Part shown: piece by piece, positions 49,401 to 61,467 of the stretch
How the letters are laid out: each line of letters begins with the position of its first letter
How positions within the stretch are numbered: the stretch's first letter is position 1
Assembly (NCBI RefSeq): GCF_006345805.1
Contig: NC_043003.1
Span: forward strand, 12,338,001-12,402,000
DNA: 64,000 bases
Source: Octopus sinensis
Taxonomy: Eukaryota
Direction of reading: 5' to 3'
Program-made: the position numbers and the translations under genes
The notes under the pieces: generated by a model
The model's input: the letters and a program-made list of their open reading frames with translations, nothing else
Database searches by the model: none
What the model was told of the DNA's origin: nothing

Positions 49401-52204
49401 TGTGTATATATATATATATATATACACACCAAGCACATCCAGTCCACACTGTAAAGTGGTTGGCGTTTGGAAGAGAATCTAGCAGTAAAAACCATGCCAA
49501 AATTGACCTCGCCTGTGCTGGTGCTATGTAAAAAGCACTCATTTGCCCACTCTGTGGGGGTGGTTGGTTTTAGGAAGGACAGCCAACCATAAATAGAAGC
49601 AGACACAGAAGTCAGGTGCAGTCGTCAAACCACCCAACCCATGCCAGCATGGAAGAAGGACATTAAATGATGATGATGATGATGACGTGTCTGTATGTAT
49701 GTGTGTGTGTTACTGTTTCTTTGTCTTGATTTCACCTGAGAGTTGTAGGTGAGTGTCACTATCTTGCAAGTTGTGACCTTTGTTTACAGTCTTCTGTGAA
49801 GGCATATCTAGTCATAAGGAAATATCATCTTTCTTGGAAACAGGTGATAACTGGTAACAAGAAGGGCATCTGCCTCAACAATTTCTTTCTAGCCCATGCA
49901 AGCATGGCAAAGTGGACATTAAAACAATGATAATGAACACTTGCCTAAAGTATTTTCTTTCAGCCTTGTTGATATTCAAAGTCATTGCTACAATACTTGC
50001 TCTTCGTCTTTTGGTTTTGCCAACCTAAAAAAATATATTTAGTTGAAGAGGTCTAATAAAACTGAAACATGTCTGTTGCTTTTACCAGACCAGATGCTCC
50101 CTAACCTACAATATCTAAAGATTTGTTTGTTGTTATTAGATTTTAAATGCCTCTTAGGGGAGTTTTTCTTTAAAATTGTGGGATAATCACAGTTGATCTT
50201 AGTTATTTAATTCATCATATTACATATATAAGACACCTTCACATTTGTATTTATTATGCAGGATGCTCATCAGAGGTATTCCTCTATCATATTGTTATTT
50301 TGTTATTGTAAAGAATTCTGAGAATTATGATTAGATATTACAAAGTATAGCTTGTAATTTAAATACTTATTTAAGTTGCTCTACATCTGTTTCATGAAAG
50401 TTTTGTTTCTACAAAAGACTGTCAACCAGATGTGGTTTGTGTTTTATACTTTATAGCATAGGTGCAGGTCTGGTGAAGAATTTGCTTGCTAACCACATGG
50501 CTTCAGGTTTAGTCCCACTGCATGGCACCTTGGGGAAGTGTCTTCTATAACCCCAACCCAATCAAAGCTCTGTAAAAGCCTATTGGAGGATGTTTAGTTT
50601 GGGGTCAGTAGGTAATATATTCTTTTCTACACTAGGCACAAGGCTCAAAATTTTGGGTGAAGGGGGCAGTCGATTAGATCGACCCCAGTACACAACTGGT
50701 ACTTAATTTATCAAACCCGAAAGGATGAAAAGCAAAGTCAACCTCGGCAGAATTTGAACTCAGAACATAAAGACAGACAAAATATCACTAAGCATTTCAC
50801 CTGGCATGCTAATGTTTCTGCCAGCTCGCCGCCTTTTAGGTAATGTATTACCTGAAGTAATACAAGTCTGGTCTTTGGATTTGGATGCCTCTTGTGGACT
50901 CCACTCTGTTGCAAGAATTTTTGCTATGTCTCTGGTCTGGGGATAGTTTCCTCCCTTCTTCCCATCAGTCTCAGAAACCTTGAAAACTTCATGGACTCTG
51001 ACCTTCCTCATCTGGCACATATATGTATTGTGATAGTCGAATATCTTTCTATTTATCTATTAATACGTGGAGTGGATGCAGTGACTGTTGGGTTAAGCAT
51101 CAGAACTGTTGGCTGAACTTTATAATTATTGATGTTGTGCTATATTCTATCTCGAGTAAATCTAACACTTTCCTTTGCTATGCTAGCAGCAAATTGAGAA
51201 GCCTCTTTGTGGTCACTTAACTTGTTAGAAATAGCAATCAAATTTTCTCAAATCACATCCTACCATCTTAAAAGAGGGATGACTTATTTGATAATATGGT
51301 CCCACAAAAAGACTGGATGATCAGTGCTGGAACATCTCTGATCTGATGTTTTTACTATCTGGACTGACCTAAAGTTTAACAACTTAGAAGAGTATACATC
51401 TATCAATGAATATATTTGGATAGAAGTGTCAAACTGAAATCTAGTTATTAGTTTAGTAATTTACTTTGCTGAGGTAAATGTGATCTATAACTTTACAGAA
51501 GTTTTTTCATTAGAGCCAGAGAATTTTATGTCATGATGGGCAATTAGTACTAATTGATGAGACTACAAACAGGATTTAATTTGTAGTTTCAACTAATTTC
51601 CTTCCTTTATGTTCATTATCTCTTTGGGTAAAACATGCTGATTTCTCTTCTGCTAATAGAATCTTCGGTTTCATGTCTCTCTGAAGAAACCAGTTGGGAA
51701 TCATTTGTGTATCTTTCTAGAAACATTATGATGGATTGAAATAACTAAGTCTTGAATTTACAAACAAAGTGGAGAAAAAGTACATGTTATAAGTGCAGGC
51801 ATGGCTGTGTGGTTAAGGAGCTCTTTTTGCAACCATGTAGTTCTGTGTTCAGTCCCAGGGCGCAGTACCCTAATCAAATGTTTTCTTCTATAACTCTTGG
51901 CTGATCAAAGCCTTGTGAGGGAATTTGGTAGACAGAAATTGTGTGGAAACCTGCCTTGTATTTATATGCAAGTGTCCTAGAGTTTGTCACCTTTGCCCCT
52001 CTGGACAACCAGTGTTGGTTTGTTTATATCCCCATAACTTAACTGTTTGGCAAAAGAGATCAATAGACTAAGTACCAAAACCTTTCAAGGCAGTACCTTA
52101 GCATGGTCACAGTCCAATGACTGAAAAAAGTTAATAATAAAGCTACCAATTATTCCATAATGCATTCCAAAATTTTTGCCTTTCTGCTTTATTTGTTTAA
52201 GTTT

Positions 52205-52497
52205 GGCACATAAAAAGCACCGTTCGAGCGTGATCGTTACTAGCATCGCCTTACTGGCACGTGAAAAAACATTCAAGCGAGGTCGTTGCCAGTGCCGCTG
52301 GACTGGCTCCTGTGCAGGTGGCACGTAAAAGCACCCACTACACTGTCAGAGTGGTTGGCATTAGGAAGGGCATCCAGCTGTAGAAACTCTGCCAGATCAG
52401 ATTGGAGCCTGGTGCAGCCATCTGGTTCACCAGTCCTCAGTCAAACCGTCCAACCCTTGCTAGCATGGAAAGCGGATATTAAATGATGATGATGATG
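52205..52497 (+). mobile_element. RTE LINE 3'UTR fragment
   Basis: GGCATTAGGAAGGGCATCCAGCTGTAGAAACTCTGCC...(GAT)n. Confidence 0.85.
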
Positions 52498-54167
52498 AAT
52501 TTGATAGCAAAATGTAGAAATGGCGATGCATTAAATTAAATATCTTGTATTTACTAATAATCCTTGCATTCTGAATTCAAATTTTGCCATAAATAAATTA
52601 GCTTGTCTTCTCTCTAGCTCTAATAAAATACATTGTTATACACTGTGGTCAATTTGATCCATCATTCTTTTCAAATTGCAGCTCTGTACCAAAGTTAGAA
52701 ACTGTTTATGGGTGATAATAGTTGTATTCTCACAACTGTATACAGTTCTGTCATAGCATTGCAAACCCACTGCGTTTATGTAGTTAGAAAGGCAACATTT
52801 CATAGTTCTAATTACATTTGATTGTTCCAATTATTCCCTCTTAATAGCATTGGGTGGTGTTATATTTTGTGATATCTATTTTTGGACTTGTTGTATAGTT
52901 TTTATCTCAAAATCCATTCCCTTAAATCGGTTGCATTTGGTAAAGGAGAATAGTTACTTTATGACTAAATGAAAAAAATCACCAAGTTTAAAAACCTTAC
53001 TGCAGATGTTTTTTTGATCCTATTTTACAATACTGACCTTTTAATATATAACAACAATATCCATATGATGGCCATTATAAGCATTTCCTGATAACTACTG
53101 TTTCGAAAGGGTTATTGTTTTCCATAGTCTCATATAGGGTAAAAAAAGAAAAATATATATTTCTGATATTATGTGAAACAAAAATCATCATTGTTGTTGT
53201 TGCTTCAATATTCCTTAATGGGAATGGTAAATATAATGGCATCTATAGATGATTCTGACTGTGGCAGCAGTAAATGGTTTTTTTCTGTTTTATTTATTTC
53301 CTTTTATAGATATATATTGTGTCAGTTATCAATTTAATGCTTTGTTCAGACTCTGATGTGCTCTCTCAGTTATTGTACTTTTGTTGAGCTAAACTCCAGT
53401 CACCCTTTTTTTCTTCTTTTTTTTTTTTTTTTTTTTCAATAATAATGCATCACTATCTCTCTTCAACAGTCATAACTTTGTGGTTTTATTTAATAGATTT
53501 GTACCTTTTACTTGTTTCTGTCAATGAACAGTAACCATTCTGGGGCATCATATTGAAAAGTTTAGTCGAACAAATAAACCCACTACTTATTTTTAAAATC
53601 TAGTACTTATTTTATCAGTCACTTTTGCCAAACCACTAAGTCGTGTGGATATAAACAAACAAGCAGTGGTGAATGGGGAGCAAACAAAACTACATTCACA
53701 CATACATGATGGGCTTCTCACAAGGCATAGATTGGCTGGGGGCTATGTGCAAGACACTTCCCCAAGGTACTGCACAGGGAAATTGAACCTGAAACCATGT
53801 GATTGCAAATCTAGCTTATTAACTACACAGCCATGCCTGCAATAGTTTTCACTTTTCTTTTCTTTTTTGATTACAAATGGTTGTTGTTGCTTTCTTAACA
53901 TCTTAAAATGAGTGTAAGTTTTCTTGAAATAACATTTCCAAATTCTCACAGTTCTTTGAATATTAACAGGTTGCATTAATAAAATAATTTGTGTAAATTC
54001 ATTTCTGAAAACATTCAATGTTATTGATGTTTATTTTTATTTTTAACATTATTTTTGTAAAAAAAATCTTATTAGTGCATGTTTGATAGTAAAATGTCTA
54101 TGAGAAAAAAGTTAAAGCAATCTGCAATAGAAAATGGGAATTAATTATGTATATACACACGTGTGTG

Positions 54168-54203
<36 letters not shown>

Positions 54204-54570
54204 CTGGGGTAGAAAGGGCTCCTTAGCCGTAGTGAAGGCAATCTATCTAGGGAGATAACCTTACAATAAATCACTGGGTCCGTAGCTTAGAAATACTGGG
54301 TTGACGTCCAGCGGGAACAGCTTTGTTTCATGGAGGAGGAAAGATCTTCTTTAGTACTTGGTTGTACAATGCTTTCCGATGTGTGTAGTAGTGGCGCGCG
54401 CACACATTATTAGCCATTTGAAAAGACTATGAAAGTCTCGACCATGGTCGAACAATGATGATGATGATGATATATATATACATATATATGTGTGTGTGTG
54501 TATGTATCTATATGTACCTATATGTGTGTGTATATGTATGTATACATATATCTATATAAGTGTATATATA

Positions 54571-54623
<53 letters not shown>

Positions 54624-55849
54624 ATGTATGTAGCACTGCTCTAAAGTAATTCTGACTGTCTTAATCCTCAGAGAGAACATATGGGACTGACAACTGAACA
54701 TTGTGATTTTGACCTAGTTGTGGTCTCATTCAGCTTTCCTCATGTCTGAAGCTTACACACTTTTTAGGCAGATTGTTTACATATCTGTTGACATCAGGAA
54801 TTAATCATTCAGTAGCAATAAGTATATGTGGTGGGGGGGTGGGGAGAGAAAAAGAAAGAAAATCTTCGTAACACACCACAGAGTATATGAGTTAATAGCT
54901 TCTAATGAAAATAGTAACGATTTAGCTAGCCGTGAAACATAGGTGGGAGAGAGGATATGTATTTTCAGCTTTTGGCGAATCTTTTATCTTGCTTCAGTCG
55001 TTGGACTGTGGCCATGCTGGGGCACCACCTTGAAAGGTTTTAGTTGTGAGAATCAACCGTCAGGGACTTAATCTGTTGATCTTAATGCTGCACTCCAAAG
55101 TTACACAAACCAATACAAGTCATAAAGTGATGGTGATGGAGCCAAACACACAAACTATATTTATATATGCACACATACACACTTACACCCACAGACATGC
55201 ACACAATAGGCTTCCACACGGTTTCCATCTTCCATATTCACACACATGGCTTTGGGGCTGAACCCAAAACCATGTGATTGCAAAGTGAATTTCTTAACCA
55301 TGTAACCCACTTAGCAGTTCGGCAAAAGAGACCGATAGAATAAGTACTGGGCTTACAAAGAATAAGTCCCGGGGTCGAGCATGGCCGCAGTCAAAATGAC
55401 TGAAACAAAAAAGAGAAAATGCCTGTCCTTGTGTGATGAGCTTTTCCCTTTAAAGCTGGTTACAAAGTAATGGCCCTTTTAAAAACTTCAGGGTACTAAC
55501 ATATATTTATTTGCTAAAACAATCTTCTTGTGGAATTAAATTTGGAGAATGAATGCTACATCCCTGCTGAACAGTGTGCGATTTGAATGTTGCTGTAATG
55601 AATGTTTTAATTTTTCAAGCTGTGATACTAAGTTTAAAATGTGTGCTAAAGCAATACTAATATGCCAATCAACACACCTTTTTCTAGATGTAAAACAGAA
55701 TTTCCCGTTTGGATATTAGCTATTTCTTCTCAGCATTGCAATAGAAGTCAGACAAATTCTGTTGAGGATCTGCATTGCCTCCAGTTACAATGAGTTTGAC
55801 ATTTGTGCTGCGCTCTCAAGAACTTGGGTGTGTATCTGCGTTTCACCCT

Positions 55850-55887
55850 CTTCTCTCTCTCTTTCTTTCAATCCTCTCCATCTCTCT

Positions 55888-55931
<44 letters not shown>

Positions 55932-55950
55932 CATATCCTCTCTCTCTCAA
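55850..55950. repeat. (CT)n microsatellite
   Basis: Directly visible. Confidence 0.9.
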
Positions 55951-56139
55951 AAGTAAATAAACACTCTACGTTATATTGTTATATCTGTGCTGACAATTAG
56001 CACAATGTTCAATCATGTTAAATTACTAACAACTGCACAAGACATGCCTGTTAAATACTAGATTAAGTATTTAAATGCATCAAATAACATTAGTTAGTTT
56101 CCAGAAATAAGTTTTTCAAAAATGCTGATGTTTGTGTTA

Positions 56140-56488
56140 TTAGTTTGTTAATTTTTTGGCTCATAAAGCAAAAAGCAAGGCCATGTAGGGGGACATGGAG
56201 TTATGTACAGGGTGGTGTTCATGCAAAGAGTTCAGGCCATTTGTGGTCAAGGGAGACTTTGAACCGAGCGGTCGTCGGCATCTTCACTATCTCGTCCGGC
56301 AGCTTATTCCACGGATCCGCAACCCGGACGGAGAAAGCCCCTCTCTTTCGATTGAGATGAAATCATCACAGATAGAGCTTTTCGGAGTGACCCCGCAGCC
56401 GACGCTCTGGAGCAGGAGTGAAGAACAGCTCTTTCAAGAGGTTACACTTTCTGCTTATGATGTTGTGAGCAAGAATGAGATCACAAGC
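56140..56488 (-). mobile_element. CR1-clade LINE 3' fragment
   Basis: Minus strand reads DLILAHNII..FFTPAPERRLRGHSEKLYL**FHLNRKRGAFSVRVADPWNKLPDEIV..FKVSLD. The TGA TGA is consistent with CGA CGA CpG decay. Confidence 0.85.
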
Positions 56489-56589
56489 AAGAATATTATT
56501 GACAGTGACTTTGAAGTTTTGGCCAGTTAAGCCATCGTTGGACTAGCTTAACTGGCTGAAACTTCGAAGTCACTATCAATAATATTCTT
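56489..56589 (+). repeat. 44-bp inverted repeat with 13-nt loop
   Basis: Arms 56489-56532 and 56546-56589. On the + strand RNA: 40 Watson-Crick pairs, 3 G-U pairs and 1 C-A mismatch. Confidence 0.95.
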
Positions 56590-56705
56590 ATTTAAGAATA
56601 AGTTTGTATTCTGCAAAAGTATAGAATAACCCGTGAGATAAATGTAAAATTGTTTTTTGTATAACTGAACATAACAACAAACATTAGTGTGTTTATGTGT
56701 ATGTA

Positions 56706-56820
56706 CACACACACACACTCTCTCTCTCTCTCTTTCATTCTCTCTCCCTCTTTCATTCTCTCTCTCTCTTTCATTCTCTGTCTCTCTCTTTCATTCTCTC
56801 TCTCTCTCTCACTCTTTCTC
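56706..56820. repeat. CA/CT/TTCATTC minisatellite
   Basis: Repeated TCTCTTTCATTCTCTC. Confidence 0.9.
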
Positions 56821-58042
56821 CCCAGAAATAATTGTATTAGTAATTTCATGACCTTTTAGTCAACAGTCTAGCATGTCAGCACTCTATTTGCCACTATATT
56901 TCAAAATTAATCCTTTCATACATAGTTTATCATTTTTAAAAATTCAATTATGTTATTTGCATATCATCATCACTATCATCTTCATCATCATCACCATCAT
57001 CATGCTCAGTAACTATAAAAAATCATTTTTTTTTAAATCAGCCTTCAAGACATTGGAGTTTATAAATTTCCAAGTATGCTTGGGAAATGACTTGAATATT
57101 TTCTAAGCTTCAGAAATGGTGTATCTCACTTAAAAAAAATTTTTTTTTTTTTAATGCAGTATTTAAATTATATGTGACTTTTATTTTTGTCTTTTTGTTT
57201 TTTCTTCTCATGATAGTTTGGAAAATATTATAGGAAGAATTATTTTTCAAATATATTATATTACTAAGGTACCAAACTGGCAGAACCGTTGGCATGCTGG
57301 GCAAAATGCTTAGCAACATTTTGTCAGTCTTTTAGTTCTGAGTTCAAATTCTGCTGAGGTTGACTTTACCTTTCATCCTTTCAGGGTCAATAAAATAAGT
57401 ACCATTTGAGCACTGGGTTTGATATAATCAACTTACCCCATCCCCCAAAATTGCTGGCATTGTGCCAAAGGCGGGGAGCTGGCAGAAACATTAGCACATC
57501 AGGCAAAATGCTTAGTGGTATATTGTCTGCTGCTACGTTCTGAGTTCAAATTCCGCCGAGGTTGACTTTGTCTTTCATCCTTTCATGGCCGATAAATTAA
57601 GTACCAGTTGCATACTAGGGTCAATCTAATCAACTGGCCCCCTCCCCAAAAGTTTCATTCCTTGTGCCTAGAGTTGAAAAGATTATTATATGTCATTAAA
57701 ATAAACTTTTATTACTCATTCCATTTAGTTTTGACCCTTGCAGACAGGTTAATTGAGAATGGAAACTTTTCATCATCATCATCATCTTTCAAGGTCCATG
57801 TCCCATTTTGGCATAAGCTGAAATGTTTGATAAGATTTGATGGGGCCAAGGACTATGTCACCTTCCAGTGTCTGCTTTGGCATGGTTTCTACTGCTGGAT
57901 GCCCTTCTCAATGCCAATTATTTTACAGTGTATACTGTGTGCTTTTGGGCTATCAGCACTAGTGAGGTTGCCATGCAGCTCACAAGACTATGAAACCCAA
58001 AGAGGTAGGGGTCAGTTTTATGTTAGAAAAAGGGTGCATTAA

Positions 58043-58258
58043 CCCTCTAGTATTTACATTATTCTGTTGAAAGTAATACTTATTCACTTTGTTTTGAATT
58101 AATCACGCATTATCTTGGAGCTTTGAGATTTTGATGAGGGAATTATTAATTTTTTGAAAGATATTGTAGGTCTGGTTTGAGAGGCCAGACCTGAACAATT
58201 TGAACATAAAACAAGTTGAATATTTTGTTTGGATGTGGCTAGTTTAAATGGTAAAGGG
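58043..58258. mobile_element. piggyBac-type MITE (family P2)
   Basis: TTAA at 58039-58042 and 58259-58262, with CCC..GGG termini. Confidence 0.8.
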
Positions 58259-58351
58259 TTAAAGTATAAGAGGAGTTGAGGCAGTGCAAGTTAGACTTAA
58301 TGGAGTTAGACTTAATGCTGCAAAGTAAATGAAATGAATCTCTCTATATAT

Positions 58352-61300
58352 TTCATTTCATTTTCATTTCATTTGGGTTTGAGTCCATGCTCAGGCCAAG
58401 TCGAAGACTCCACCCTCAGAGTCTGGTGTGGTTGCCAGGTTGTATTCTCTGCTTAAATTTGACATGTGTAGGAGCGAGTTTGAGTCAGTTTGTGCTCGTT
58501 GTGTATATCCTGGGAGATGGGGTTCATCTCTAATGGTGCTTAAGTATCTATCCAGTTGCAATTTGAATGATTCCACACTGCATCCTGATAGATTTCTGAC
58601 ATATACCGGAATGGAGTTGAACAGTTGTGCTCCTCGAACCAACAGACTTGATTCTCGCAGGGTTTTTGCTGCCTGGCCAGCCTTTTTGTTGATTGGTGGC
58701 AGCTGGCAGCGTCTTCCGTGGCGCAGTGAGTGGTAGGTTTTGATACCAAAGTTTGGCACCTTCTGCTCTATCATTTTCCAAATGTATATAATTCGGTATC
58801 GCTCAAATCTTCTTTCTATTGAGTACATCCTCAAGGTTTTGAGTCTTTGCCAATAGTCCAGGTCCCTCGTTTCTGAGAAGTATGAGGTAAAATTTCTTTG
58901 GAGCGATTCTATCTTAGATAGTTGGCCCTTTGTTGTTGGTGACCACAACTGAGAACAGTAGTCAATCCTCGGAAGTATCATACTGTTCCAGAGGGTTTTC
59001 ATTGTTGAGGTATCTCTTGATTTGAAGGTGCGCAAGATCCACCCGCTGTACTTTCTTGCAGTAAGACAGACTGAGTCAAGGTGTTCTCTGAATTTTAGGT
59101 TGGTTCCCATGTGGATGCCTAAATCTTTCACATACTGTTTTTCCATTATTTGTTGTCCTGATGGGTTTCTGTAGTTTGTTGTATTTTTCAGATCTTGATC
59201 TGTTCCGTAGCGAATTAGTTCAAACTTCTTATCATTGAACAACATGTTGTTTGTTTCCTGCCATTTATATATGGTGGTCAGGTCCTTTTGTAAGGCCTCT
59301 GTATCCACCTCGTCTTTGATTTGTCTCATGACCCTGGTGTCATCAGCAAAGGATGAGACGTTGCTGGTTGTATCTTCATCTATGTCAGAGATGAGGATGA
59401 GAAACAGGATTGGGCCGAGTACTGTACCCTGAGGAACACTGCTGGTCACAGGTGATGGTGTTGAATGGGTTCCATTCACAGTGACTGTTTGAGTTCTATT
59501 TGTAAGGAACTCGTTTATCCATGTACCAACTTTTCCTCCTACTCCTAGCTTTCGAAGTTTGTGACCCAGGATGCCATGATCTACCTTGTCAAATGCCTTG
59601 GCAAAGTCGAGGTAGATAACATCTGTGTTGTATCCATTCTCTAGATTTTCTAGGATTTGGTCATGGTGTGCCAGTAGTTGGGAAAGGCATGATCTACCTA
59701 ACCTGAATCCATGCTGGTTGCAATTCATCAGATTGTTGGATTCCAGGAACTCAACCAGTTTTCCACGAACTATTCTTTCGAAGACCTTGATAATGTGTGA
59801 TGTCAGTGAGATTGGTCGGTAGTTCTTTGGTTTTGATTTGCTATCCCCTTTATGTATTGGAGTTATGTGTGCTTCTTTATATGTATTTGGTATTTTGCCA
59901 TTCTCCATAGATTCCCTCCATATCATGTAAAGGGGTTTCGACAATTGTGCCTTGCAGTTTTTAAGTATCATGGCATTGAAACCGTCAGGCCCCGCAGCCG
60001 AGTGCATGGAGAGCTTGTCTATTGCTCTTGCTATGTCTTCTGGGTTGAAATCAATGTCGGATAGGGTAGGTTTAGTATGGTCGATATCCTTGAAGAATTT
60101 TCCTGGGTCATGGATCTTCATGGTTTTAGATGGCTCACTGAAGACACTTTCATACTGTTGACCCAACATTTCTGCCATTTCAATAGGGTTATTCACTACA
60201 TCCCCATTTTGTCTCTGGAGAGGTCCTATTGTTGACTTGGTGTTCGAGTATTTCTTTGCAAAACTGTAGAAACATTTTGGATTTTTCTTGATGTTTTCTA
60301 TGGCTTTCTTTTCTGCATTGCTACGTTCTTCATCATAGTGTTGTTTTAGATTGTCTTCTAATCTGTATATTTGGTCAAGGACTTTCTGTAATTCATGTTT
60401 TGATGTCAGCTTAGATGTTTTGTTTCTTAGTCTTGACCTTTTGCGCATCAGGATCTTTCGCTCCCGTGGTACAGGTTTTTTTGTGGACTTGGTTTTCTTT
60501 AGAGGAACATTTTTTCACATATTTCTTCGATCTTGTTTAAGAATTTCTTGTGTTTATCTGGCCCAGTAAGGTAGAGATCCCAGTCAATGATTTGTAACTG
60601 GTTGTTAATAGTTTCCCAATTTGCCTGGTGATAATCATACCTGCATAGCTTTGGCATGTCCTTTTGTTTAAGAGTTGTGGCATTGGGCTCATTACCAATG
60701 TGTAAATGCATTTCAATAATATTGTGGTCTGAAAGGATTGTTGGGGTTGAGTGAAGGTCAAATAGCGTGTCCTCGTTGTTGGTGAAAACCAAGTCGATCG
60801 TATTATTATTTCTTGTTGCTTCTGTCATCATTTGTTTGAGGTATAATTTCTCTGTGACTTCCAACAGTTTGGCTGCCTGTATTTGTTCAGCTTTTGTCCC
60901 CAGTTTTAGTATGTGTCCATGTGGCCAGATGATGTTAGGGAAGTTGAAGTCACCAAGGAGGATAATGTCTGGCATTGGACTTGCCATGTTTCCCAGAATT
61001 TGTTGGAGCTTCGTCAGTGGCTCAGTGAAGGATAATGTTGGGCTGTTTGGCGGTCTGTACATTATTGTTACAACTGTATTAAGTTGGATGATTTTTATGC
61101 ACAGCAGGTTGCAGTAGGCATTTGATTCATTGACAAGTTCTATGCATGCATAGGTATCATGGATATACATGATAACGCCCCCATGGGATCTGCCTTGTCT
61201 ATCACATCTGAAGATGTTGAATCTATTGATTATGATTTCGCTGTTGCGGATGTTTTCGTTGAGATGACTTTCAGTAATTCCAATTATTTTGGAGTTGTTT

Positions 61301-61378
61301 TCTGTTGCTAATTCTTCCAAGAAAGGGACTTTACACTGTTTTGTTTTCGGATAAAGACCCTGGATATTTGCTGTTATT
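58352..61378 (-). mobile_element. CR1/L2-group LINE, ORF2 almost complete, ORF1 absent, (AAATG)n tail
   Basis: APE motifs ANIQGL, GITESHL, YRPP, LLGDFN, IDLVFTN, SDH. RT motifs YRPISLTS, QHGFR, YLDFAKAFDKVDH, VPQGTVLGP, FADD. A single frame break lies in the A6 run at 60510-60515. Confidence 0.95.
58391..60448 (-). CDS. Reverse transcriptase half of LINE ORF2
   Basis: 685-aa open frame with all RT motifs. The frame actually extends up to the break near 60515. Confidence 0.92.
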   Translation of the reverse strand: MRKRSRLRNKTSKLTSKHELQKVLDQIYRLEDNLKQHYDEERSNAEKKAIENIKKNPKCFYSFAKKYSNTKSTIGPLQRQNGDVVNNPIEMAEMLGQQYESVFSEPSKTMKIHDPGKFFKDIDHTKPTLSDIDFNPEDIARAIDKLSMHSAAGPDGFNAMILKNCKAQLSKPLYMIWRESMENGKIPNTYKEAHITPIHKGDSKSKPKNYRPISLTSHIIKVFERIVRGKLVEFLESNNLMNCNQHGFRLGRSCLSQLLAHHDQILENLENGYNTDVIYLDFAKAFDKVDHGILGHKLRKLGVGGKVGTWINEFLTNRTQTVTVNGTHSTPSPVTSSVPQGTVLGPILFLILISDIDEDTTSNVSSFADDTRVMRQIKDEVDTEALQKDLTTIYKWQETNNMLFNDKKFELIRYGTDQDLKNTTNYRNPSGQQIMEKQYVKDLGIHMGTNLKFREHLDSVCLTARKYSGWILRTFKSRDTSTMKTLWNSMILPRIDYCSQLWSPTTKGQLSKIESLQRNFTSYFSETRDLDYWQRLKTLRMYSIERRFERYRIIYIWKMIEQKVPNFGIKTYHSLRHGRRCQLPPINKKAGQAAKTLRESSLLVRGAQLFNSIPVYVRNLSGCSVESFKLQLDRYLSTIRDEPHLPGYTQRAQTDSNSLLHMSNLSREYNLATTPDSEGGVFDLA

Positions 61379-61467
61379 ATATATATAAACGGCAAAATGT
61401 CTGTCTGTGTGTCCTTTATACAAATCCACAATTTTTCAGTTAGAGGGCTCGCACTTTCTATGGTCAT
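60499..61467 (-). CDS. Apurinic-like endonuclease half of LINE ORF2 (first ~30 codons derive from the Helitron)
   Basis: 322-aa frame with complete APE motifs. It terminates only because of the 1-nt loss in the A run. Confidence 0.88.
   Translation of the reverse strand: MTIESASPLTEKLWICIKDTQTDILPFIYIITANIQGLYPKTKQCKVPFLEELATENNSKIIGITESHLNENIRNSEIIINRFNIFRCDRQGRSHGGVIMYIHDTYACIELVNESNAYCNLLCIKIIQLNTVVTIMYRPPNSPTLSFTEPLTKLQQILGNMASPMPDIILLGDFNFPNIIWPHGHILKLGTKAEQIQAAKLLEVTEKLYLKQMMTEATRNNNTIDLVFTNNEDTLFDLHSTPTILSDHNIIEMHLHIGNEPNATTLKQKDMPKLCRYDYHQANWETINNQLQIIDWDLYLTGPDKHKKFLNKIEEICEKMFL

Noticed and set aside
50760-51020. 86-aa minus-strand ORF
   Set aside because: Its 3' third is SINE B sequence, and the rest has no recognisable homology or splice signals.
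60499-60520. Programmed -1 frameshift between LINE APE and RT
   Set aside because: T GAA AAA ATG is not a canonical X XXY YYZ slippery site in the required frame, and CR1 ORF2 is normally continuous. A homopolymer deletion or sequencing error is simpler.
58428-61117. Plus-strand ORFs overlapping the LINE
   Set aside because: They are antisense shadows of a long coding frame.
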